A stretch of 21,890 bases of DNA from Caecitellus pseudoparvulus. Its lineage: Eukaryota; Protista; Bigyra: Bicosoecida. Location: assembly GCA_965644315.1 (NCBI GenBank), contig CBFFRQ010000207.1:1-21890 (forward strand), written 5' to 3'. Position numbers and translations under genes: made by a program. Numbering within the stretch: the stretch's first letter is position 1; the number at the start of each line of letters is the position of its first letter. This document shows, one piece after another, positions 1 to 9,620 of this stretch. The notes under the pieces were generated by a model. That model was not told where the DNA came from and ran no database searches. It saw only the letters and a program-made list of their open reading frames with translations.

Positions 1-1054
1 TAACCCTAACCCTAACCCTAACCCTAACCCTCACCCTAACCCTAACCCTAACCCTAACCCTAACCCTAACCCTAACCCTAACCCTAACCCTAACCCTAAC
101 CCTAACCCTAACCCTAACCCTAACCCTAACCCTAACCCTAACCCTAACCCTAACCCTAACCCTAACCCTAACCCTAACCCTAACCCTAACCCTAACCCTA
201 ACCCTAACCCTAACCCTAACCCTAACCCTAACCCTAACCCTAACCCTAACCCTAACCCTAACCCTAACCCTAACCCTAACCCTAACCCTAACCCTAACCC
301 TAACCCTAACCCTAACCCTAACCCTAACCCTAACCCTAACCCTAACCCTAACCCTAACCCTAACCCTAACCCTAACCCTAACCCTAACCCTAACCCTAAC
401 CCTAACCCTAACCCTAACCCTAACCCTAACCCTAACCCTAACCCTAACCCTAACCCTAACCCTAACCCTAACCCTAACCCTAACCCTAACCCTAACCCTA
501 ACCCTAACCCTAACCCTAACCCTAACCCTAACCCTAACCCTAACCCTAACCCTAACCCTAACCCTAACCCTAACCCTAACCCTAACCCTAACCCTAACCC
601 TAACCCTAACCCTAACCCTAACCCTAACCCTAACCCTAACCCTAACCCTAACCCTAACCCTAACCCTAACCCTAACCCTAACCCTAACCCTAACCCTAAC
701 CCTAACCCTAACCCTAACCCTAACCCTAACCCTAACCCTAACCCTAACCCTAACCCTAACCCTAACCCTAACCCTAACCCTAACCCTAACCCTAACCCTA
801 ACCCTAACCCTAACCCTAACCCTAACCCTAACCCTAACCCTAACCCTAACCCTAACCCTAACCCTAACCCTAACCCTAACCCTAACCCTAACCCTAACCC
901 TAACCCTAACCCTAACCCTAACCCTAACCCTAACCCTAACCCTAACCCTAACCCTAACCCTAACCCTAACCCTAACCCTAACCCTAACCCTAACCCTAAC
1001 CCTAACCCTAACCCTAACCCTAACCCTAACCCTAACCCTAACCCTAACCTAACC
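1..1054. repeat. Terminal telomere tract (TAACCC)n, i.e. TTAGGG on the minus strand
   Basis: 174 hexamers over 1-1044 (one TCACCC variant at 31-36), then two TAACC pentamers (1045-1054) at the junction. A C-rich strand at the window start indicates a left chromosome end. Confidence 0.98.
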
Positions 1055-1731
1055 TCGCCTGCCCAAGGTCAAGGATGTGCCCCACATCTCGATCGGGCAG
1101 ATGGGTGGACGCCTGATGTAAGTCACCTGTGGGGGCATACTCCCTGTGCCACACATGACTGAAGCTTTGTGTCGCGACCGACGCACATAGCTGACATCGG
1201 ACATTGGAAAGTCCAACCCAACCTCACCATCACCAACCCAACATCGATACCAACACATCAGGACTCGGCTCAGTGGAAGGGGAAGGCACTTGCAGCAAGA
1301 TCTGTGAGGCCGCCCCCAAACCTGAGCCGAAGGGACAGCCGGGCTGGGTCGTGTGCTTGCATCTCAGCAACACCCAGTCCGTGTCGAGTCCATATCCTCC
1401 AGCCCACACCGCCACCCAAGCCAAGCAAGTCGGGTCTCCACCCCTGGACATCGGACCGAGACGGACGAGACTGGACTGGACGGACAAGACAAGAGTGGAC
1501 CGAGACCTGGACCTACACCTCAAGACCATCCCACCGGGGCGGGCGCTGAAGCGCCAAGACAGACGGCGACTTATACAACGGACACGAGTCTGTGCTAGTC
1601 GCAAAGCCGTGCAAGCGGTGCCGTCGTGGTGTCTGTGTCACTGCATTCTGTTGTGGCGCAGGTGGCACCACATGTCCAAGCCCAAGCTGTACCATGATGT
1701 AGCCTGCATGGAGGCAATCTGCAATGCATTG
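1055..1731 (+). mobile_element. 5'-truncated copy of RT-less element B (last 67 nt of ORF plus 3' UTR), capped by the telomere
   Basis: 677 bp matching 11862-12538 (offset 10807; the overlapping ORF-track translations are identical in both places); flanked by telomeric repeats on both sides. Confidence 0.93.
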
Positions 1732-2000
1732 CTAACCCTAACCCTAACCCTAACCCTAACCCTAACCCTAACCCTAACCCTAACCCTAACCCTAACCCTA
1801 ACCCTAACCCTAACCCTAACCCTAACCCTAACCCTAACCCTAACCCTAACCCTAACCCTAACCCTAACCCTAACCCTAACCCTAACCCTAACCCTAACCC
1901 TAACCCTAACCCTAACCCTAACCCTAACCCTAACCCTAACCCTAACCCTAACCCTAACCCTAACCCTAACCCTAACCCTAACCCTAACCCTAACCCTAAC
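1732..2000. repeat. Internal perfect telomeric tract
   Basis: C + 44 x TAACCC + TAAC, lying between the B fragment 3' end and the element A 5' end. Confidence 0.97.
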
Positions 2001-4329
2001 TTTCCAAATGTCAACCTAATCATAGGTTGTGCATTGCTAACAATGCCTAATCCAGGCGCTCGTGCACCCAAGTGTGGTGTTGCACAGCGCTAGTGCATTG
2101 CATTGGGTGCGCGGGTGAGCAGCAGTGCGATTTCCGCACGCCACGCTCCCCACGCAGTGCTAAGTGCGGCTCCGGCTGGACGCTGCACCACTGCTTCGCC
2201 CGAAACCATTGCTTCATCATCATGTCATCCAAGGCCAGCCAAGTCCTCGGCGTGCTCTTCGCGGACAAGTGCCTGGAGCAGCGTGTGTCAGGGCGGCCAC
2301 GAACAGGCGTGCTGACTGACATGTCACGCCGAGGGGCAGCCCGGACTTTCCAGCTCGGTGGCATGGACATTGACTGCACGGATGGCCAAGATGCATCATT
2401 TTTCGTCCGCAAGTGGCTTGGCATCTTCGGAGATGAGCTGGAGGCCGAGTTTCCTGGAGCTGCTCCTGTGATGGTGCGCGCTAATTCCGCGCTGAAACAA
2501 TCCGCACCAGGGCAGACCATTCTCCTTGTCACGCTGCCGAGTGACGGTGAAGGCCCCGCCATTGCCAAGTCCCTGCGCGTTGCTGCTGCTGTGCGAGAAG
2601 ACTTCATCATCATGTTGAAGGGGGCGGCTCTGTGGGCGTGGTGTACTCCAACACGCGGCAGTTCACGTCAGAGCGCGCCAGGGTCAGCGTGATCGCCCCT
2701 CCCCTCTGTAGTGAAGGTTGCTCAAAGATCTCTGAGGAGCAGCAACCAACATTGCCTGTGAGAGTGGGGATGTGTCCAAGATCTTGAAGCTTGTCCATGC
2801 CCATGTCACCAACACTCACTCCATCGCCAAGCGTGCTCCAAAGCCTGTCGGACACTCCGTCTCTCCAGAAGATGACCGCCTCTGTCGACAAGCTGCCAAG
2901 CACGCTGCCAAAGCCCCTTGCTGAAGGCGGTCCCAAGAAGAAGAAGACACGGAGGGGCAAACGCAAGCCATCGACAAAGAGCTCTCCTCCTCGGCGCTTT
3001 GCTGAACTGTTCAAGGAGGGCGTCGTGACTACTCGCCCCACAGCGCCCTCCCCTCCATCTGCACCCGCCGAGTCGTCAGGCCAAGCTGCTCCTTCCCCTG
3101 AACATGTCCCTCTTCCGTCCACCAGAGTCAAGCGCCCGACCTTCAGCAGATGGGACTCGCCCAGCCCACGCAAGAGACCTCCTCCCGTGTCCCCGACAGC
3201 TGCGGCACTATCGGGCAGCGGGGCACAGCCACCTCTTGCAAGTCCTGCAAACACGGCACCCACTACGCTGCTAAAACTTGCTGACTGCAGTCGCCGACCA
3301 GCACGGCTTGGACAGGCAAACCTTGACTTGGGTTCCCCCTTGCAGCAACTCCTCGCCTCTGCGCACGCGTTCCGCAATAAGGACCAACGACACTGTGTCC
3401 AGGCCCGCTTTGAAACAGCAGCAGGAGAGCCACTCTTCAATGACGATGACCTTGTCCTTCTTCAACACGCAGCCACCATCCAAGCGGCGCAGACATCCTT
3501 CTGTGCTGTGTTGAAGAAGAGCAGCGCGCGTCACCCTGGCACACCAGGCTCGGAGGTCCATGCTGTCTGTGAAACAGAACCTTCCATGCCGACCACCGAG
3601 CAAGACAAGCTTGACCTCTTTCAATCGTTCCTGTACCGACATGCGCCTGATGATGCAGCACTCACCAGTGCCTGTCCACCTGTGCTCCTCCCTGGTCTTC
3701 ATCTCTTGCTCACGCGTATCAACGAGGGCCATCGGGAACTTGAAGGCGGCACAGTGTCTGGACACTGCCTGGTTGATGTCAAGGCAGAGAAAGAGATGAC
3801 CTCCGAGGCAAAAGTCTTTGCTGGGGTGTACTTCGCGTTTGCTCTCAGCTTGGTTGACACTGGAGGTGTCTCCCACCTTCAGCTCATTGTCGTCAACGCT
3901 GAGAAGTCCACGCTTGTACTGTGGAACCCTGACGAACCCTTCAAGAGCACCAACATTCCAATCGACGGCTGCCTGAACACACTCGACTCGATGGGCATTG
4001 AGTCTGTGTACCGTGTCTCATCCTCCCCGCTGAGTGGCAAGCCGATTCCCTTCAAAGACAGAGTGCGGCTGGCCATGCTGTCCCTCAGGTCTGACTTTCC
4101 CCCACTCCCGTTCGTAGCTGAGGACGAGACTGTCTACCCAAAGACTCTCATCACTGGCAAGACAACACGGGTGTACCTCCCTGTAGGCCGCACCACGCGC
4201 CAGCAAGCAGCTGCCGATGAGAGAGCCAAGACGGTTGACCCCATACTGTCACTCGTCCCAACATCTGTACAAGTCGCCGACCAGATCAGTAGCGATGCAC
4301 CCCATACCCCTGTCGGCCGCGGAAGACAC

Positions 4330-5130
4330 ATGACACTCGCACTTGCTGCTTGGAATGTGCACGGCTCCTGCGGCCAGTGTGTCCACGATGTCGTCACCTG
4401 TGTCCAGTCTGTGTGCAGTGCGTCGTCCATGTTGGCACTCTGTGTCACAGAGCCTGGGGAGCACGGCCTGCTCGACACGGAAGTCATGGGCCTTGAATGC
4501 TTCCGCCCAAGCCCGCCTGATCGGCCTGTCGGGCGGAGTGAGGTTGCCTTGCTGCTTGATCGAAGACTCAATGGCTCAGTGATCCCGGGCCTCGACGTTG
4601 ATGGTCGCTGCATAATTGCTTGCTCGATCCCTGCAAGCCCACAACCCATCGCCATCATAGCCACGTACGTACCCAACTGGCACTCTTGGCAGCGAAAGAA
4701 GCCAGTCGCTGATCCGGACACGAAGCTTCCGTACCGGCAAGAGGTTTGGCGGCAGCTTGAGTCTGCTGTTCAACAGCTCCGCCTCACCCACATGATTGTC
4801 ATCATGGGTGACTTGAACACTCATCCAGGTGACGAAGGGGTAGGCACGTGGGGAGCAGATCACTGGGAGAACCGGACCGGCATTCCCGAGCCCACTGAAG
4901 ACATCCTGCAGATGCAGCTCCTCTGCGAGCAAGGCCCACTGATCCCAGCCGGACTTGGTGGCCTGCCAACGCACAGGTATGGTCGGGCTCTGGACCACAT
5001 CCTGATGACTGAGGACCTCCACAGTATGTTGAGCAGACCACTGCACATCACAACAACGTTCTCCAGCGGGACGAAAAAGAGTGCCGCTCGACTAGTCCTC
5101 AGTGACCATCATCTTGTTGCAGCAGAAGTC
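4330..5130 (+). other. Apurinic/apyrimidinic-type (APE) endonuclease domain
   Basis: Motifs in the expected order: AAWNVHG, LCVTE, ATYVPN, IMGDLN, LDHIL, LSDHHLV. In frame with the upstream ORF1-like region with no intervening stop. Confidence 0.92.
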
Positions 5131-5989
5131 CGAGTGAAGCCTGCCAAGCGAGTGTGGACATCATCCAAGAGCCCCCATGTACAGGCGGTGCCACCCTGGT
5201 GGACCTCAGCGACAGAGGCTGGGCTGGCAGCGCAAGCGATGTTTCGAGGATCCCTCAGCTCGCGGGCCACCGCGCTCCAGACAGGCAGCGCCGCCCCGAG
5301 CCTATCCTTTCTCAACGGTGCTATCGAAGCTGCGGCTATGGACACACATCGCAAGGCCAAGACCCCACGTGACCCTCTGCCCCAGCTGAAGATGGACATC
5401 AAGGCGGCCAGCGGGCTCAAGAAGTCCATGACTGCACGCGTGTCCAAGCTGCGGAAGACCATTGCCAAGCTGCACCGGAAGCTCGCACTTGCCACCGGTC
5501 GGCATCCTCAGCCAGACCACGCCCGTGCCATCCGAGAGGGAATCTCCATGGCCACTCGAAGAGCTACACGCCACGCTTCAATGCCGCAAGGATGCAATGC
5601 GGAAGTGCACGAGGCTTGTGAAGAAGAAGCGACATGTCACTCTGTCCAGGATCCGAGCACGCTTGAGGGAACTCGCTGTCACGGATCCCTCACTGCCCAC
5701 CAACACATCAAGCGCCTGTCAGGTCGAGGTCGTCGAGCCCGTCGAGCTCCCATCAGGTCCGTGAAGTCCATGCAGGGAGTGCTCATCTCCTCCCCTGATC
5801 TGGTGAAGGAGGAGGTTGCCAAGCAGATGTCCTGGCATCCTGAGTCACAACAAGCCCAGGCCAACATCGCTGAAGTACGGGCTGGCAAGGTTCCTTCCCT
5901 CAGCCCAAGAGTCCTTCACCCCGCCAGTGACATGGCTTCCCTCCAAGAAGCAAGTCAAAGTCCTCATGGGATCACTCAGCTTGCATCGA

Positions 5990-6980
5990 CACCCAGGCTC
6001 TGGCAAGTTCCAATCAGAGCACATCAAGTATGCTGGGCCAGGCTTCCAAGACATCTACTCCCAAGCCGTCATCCAAGCGTTGCAACACGGCACCTGCCCG
6101 CCAGACTACCATGCAGGCATTGGGTCACTCATCCCCAAGAAGACGAGTGAAGCTGGGCGGCCTCGCACATACCGCTTGATTGTATGCCGCCCCCCTCCTG
6201 CGAAGCTCTTCTTCTCAGTGGCCGCTGCATGCCTGGAGTCCTGGATGCAAACATGGGTGTCGAAGGAGCAGGCTGGCTTCACTCGACACCGCAACACGCA
6301 TGAGCACATCTTGGCTCTCCAAGAGGTGATCAAGGGCCACCTGCGACAGTCAACAGCGCCAGTGCAAGTCCTGGTACTCTTCGTGGACTTCCGGGAGCAT
6401 TCGACTCTGTGAGCCACGCAGCCATCACAGAGATCGCTTGAGGCTGCCTCCCCTCCCTGCTGCCACTCCTGGCCGTCATCAAGGAGTACATGTCCAAGGC
6501 GACGGTCTCCATCAACACGCGCCATGGTCTTTGTCGCCCCCTTCCTGTCAGCAATGGTGTCCCCCAAGGAGGAGCTCTGTCCCCCCTCCTCTTCAAGGTT
6601 GCGATAGATGTGCTGTCGCAAAGGCTCCACGAGATGCCCCTCCAAGGCATCCAGGGAGTGGGCATCCCAACACCAGCAGGCCATGTCACCCACACCCTGT
6701 ATGCAGACGACCTGGCCTGCATCGCAACGTCTGCCACGGCCTTGCACCGAATCTTCGTAGAGGTGAAGGCCATCGCTGCCCGGGTTGGCCTTGCCATCAA
6801 CCCGTCGAAGTCCGGGGTCATGATCCTTGCCAACTCCGTGCGAGGCAGCCGGACACCAGTCAGTGAAAGGAAGAAGTTGGTGTGGCGCTCGGCTGCCCTC
6901 AAAGCGGGCAGCATGCTGAAGGTTGGCACCAAGTCCATCCAACGGGTGGCCGAGTACACCTACTTGGGTGTGCCGATGTC
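5990..6980 (+). other. Non-LTR reverse transcriptase domain
   Basis: LIPKK...YRLI, EQAGF, FVDFR/AFDSV (across a frameshift), GVPQGGALSPLLF, LYADD (YADD at 6700-6711), GLAINPSKS, YTYLGV. Confidence 0.96.
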
Positions 6981-8010
6981 CGAACATCCTGCCAAGACCC
7001 GTGCACTTACCCTGCAACAAGCTGGGCTTGCTTGCATCCAAGCCGGGTTCACTGCGGGCGCGCTGCTCAGTGCCACCTGGCTCGATGTGCAGCAGCGGCA
7101 CCTGGTTGGGTATGCCACTGTCACGTCAGCCGCCGACTACATGCTGTCCACCCAAGCCAACAGTTCCCTGCTTCCGCTGCGCGATGTTGACCGCGGCGTC
7201 GCCCTCGCCTTGGACAGGACCCAAGTCGGCTCGCAGAGTGCACTCATGCGCCCCCACAGCTACGCCAAGCTGGCTCTATGCGGAGTCCTGCCTGCCCACA
7301 TCCGCTCCACGCAACTGCGGACTGGGATGTTTGTCAAGGCTCTCCGGATGCTGCACTCGGACACCCCTCTTGCCCGAGCTCTGTGCCTGACCATCCCGCA
7401 GGCCCTTGACCTTATGCCTGCTTCGATGTCGACGACCTTCATCGTCGACACCATTGCTGATGGAGGTCGACTCCGGGCTGCCAGTGTCCCTGCTCCGTGG
7501 GCACTGCATGCCCTCTTGGACCTCTGGCTCATGGGCTGCATGCCAGACCTTGCACAGCTTCGGCTTGCATGTGCACCTGGCTCTGAGCATGCTGCCACAG
7601 CCCTTGCCCAAGTCCTTGCCGGACTTAAGACCACCCCGGGCCTCCACAGGTCTGCGGTGGTTGGGGTGGCTGCCAGCGAGACGTCGTCCATGGCCGAACC
7701 CCCGGCCTTCACGGCAGACACCCCCTGGGCCCTGCGTCGCCAAGTCCTCGCGTCGTATCTTCATGTAGCCCAGGCAGTGCCGAGTGCAGCTGCCCACTAC
7801 ACCACCGACAGCCGAATCCCCCAAGTGCAGAAGCCCAGGCCGTATCATCTTGGGCCTGGTGCGCAGCACTTCGTGTGGCTACATCCACTGCCACACGGGG
7901 TGAACCCCCTCTTCTGGGTCTGTCCTGATGACAGGCCCACCAGAGTGATGGTCCATCACTTCCAGACCTTACAGCTTCTTCATGGGGGGGACAGTGCCAC
8001 TCTGTACGAG

Positions 8011-8073
8011 TGCTGTCCGATTTGCGGACTCAACACCGATGTACAGCTGCACGTGCACATCCTGCTGCACTGC
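8011..8073 (+). other. C-terminal CCHC zinc-knuckle-like motif
   Basis: CPICG...HILLHC; element C has CPLC...HILLDC at 13875-13943. Confidence 0.8.
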
Positions 8074-9620
8074 ACCCACCACGAACTCACCATGGCACGC
8101 CAACACACGATGACCAAGTTCAGAGAACTGGCCAACAGGTCAGCTGTGCCCGAGTCCGCGGCGGGCCAAGTGCAGTGCCTGCCCATCCCCCCCAAGATCT
8201 GCCACGCCCTCCTTCGTGCCCCCGACCCAGAGCCGCGAAGCCTGCGGGACCTCGAGGTCCTCCACAGGCTCCTGCTCTGCGGGCAGTGGCCTCACCGGTG
8301 GGGGCTGGCCGACGAAGAGCAGCTTGTCTCTATGAAAGAGGCGGCTGTCCTCTCCCACCCCCACCTCGTCCACCGTGCTGGTCCTTGCCGTGTCCGTGCC
8401 CCAGCTGTATGGCAAGACATCCTGCGCAGCGCGGTTGAGTTCACAGCAAAGGCGTGGCGGGTCACAGTCACTTACATGTTGCGTATGACCGATGCCCACC
8501 ACCTTGCTGTCCAGAGGCATGCTGAGTACCTGTGGTGGGCAGTACATGGGCGCGGGGCGCCGCTGCCTGGCCGCACGCAGCCAGTGCGGTCAGCGGCCAC
8601 GCGGCACACGCGCAGGCCCCGCACTCGCCGCAGGGCACGCACCTTTTTCCCTGCCAAGGCTGGCCAAGTGCCGTCCACGGAGGGCAAGGTCCAGAGGACG
8701 CTGCAGCACTTCATGGGGCCTCAGCCAGCCCATGCAGACACTGATGGTGAGGGGGAAGGGCCCGATGGTTCCTGTGAAGAGAGCGAGGAGTAAGGCGGAA
8801 CGCAGGCGTGCGGGCGGGGAGTGGAACAGCCACGCTTGTGGCCGCGTCTACCCCTCCACGAGTGTCCTGACGTGATGAACCTGTGTGAAGCGTGGTGATA
8901 ACCACGGTAGCCCGAAGCAGATGCCCAAGACCTTACCTTTTACTTACTACATAGCCTGCGAGTAGCAGTGGAGTGAGCGGGAGCGTGCCTCGGGCCGCGG
9001 CGCGTGTGCAGCCGCAGTGCTGCACGGCCGCGGCCCGGATGGCGGCTGACGATGAAGCAAGCTCACTCACCACGAAACCAGGGCGTGACGGGTTGAAGAA
9101 GAAGGTCCTTTTCCTTTCTGTATCCCCCTTGATGCGCGCGATGCGCTCTGTGGCGCGGGCGCGTGTGTGCGCACGGGTGCTGGTGTGCGCGATCGAATTC
9201 CGCACCACGCACCCGGCCGAGTTCCCGCGCAGAGGCGGAGCACACACCTCATGAAGGGCGCAGAGAGGCCTATGAGGGCCACAGAGGAGGTGGGTGAGGA
9301 ATTTGGATTATGATCTGTTGTCAAGACTGCGCGGATGCCTGGGTGTGCTCTGGTGTGCCCCAGGTGTCTGGCGCTGGCGGAGCAAGGGATGAAGTGTAGC
9401 GGAGGAGGGCCAAGATGATGAATTGGAGCGGGCAGGGACCTGCCCTAGCAAGTGGCGGCAGATATAACGGGTGCAAGCCTGTGTTTGTTGCGAATCCGCG
9501 CCAAGCGGTAGCCGCTGTGGCGTCCTACATGTGCAGAGGTGCATTGTGGGGCGCCCGTGTGACGCTCAAGCTGTACGGTGCCAAGCTGTGCCGAGGTGAA
9601 ATGCATTGTGAGTTGCTAAC

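Larger units (their letters stand above)
2222..8793 (+). pseudogene. Element A polyprotein (ORF1-like region / putative Cys protease / APE / RT / CCHC), interrupted by several small frameshifts (real or sequencing error)
   Basis: ATG at 2222 (MSSKASQVLGVLF) aligns with B's start (MNAQVDQVLGVLF). Homology to B switches frame several times at ~2610-2880. Further shifts occur near ~5540-5700, ~5950-6000 and ~6390-6470. ORF pieces are 2072-2692, 2791-6150, 5816-6412 and 6490-8793; stop TAA at 8791-8793. Confidence 0.85.
2001..9615 (+). mobile_element. Element A: full-length APE-type non-LTR retrotransposon, telomere-associated
   Basis: 5' end TTTCCAAATGTCAA shared with element B; ~220 nt 5' UTR; APE, RT and CCHC motifs; ~820 nt 3' UTR ending AAATGCATTGTGAGTTG|CTAAC. 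Confidence 0.92.

Noticed and set aside
1204-2071. ORFs with poly-(LT) on + and poly-(GL) on -
   Set aside because: These are translations of the stop-free frames of the internal telomeric tract; there is no independent evidence of coding.
8074-8500. Restriction-like endonuclease after the CCHC (Dualen-like dual endonuclease)
   Set aside because: No PD-(D/E)xK motif is conserved between A and C; a profile search would be needed to exclude it fully.
9045-9085. Hammerhead-like words CTGACGA...GAAA in A's 3' UTR
   Set aside because: Stem II does not close properly, and I found no stem I/III partners or cleavage triplet.
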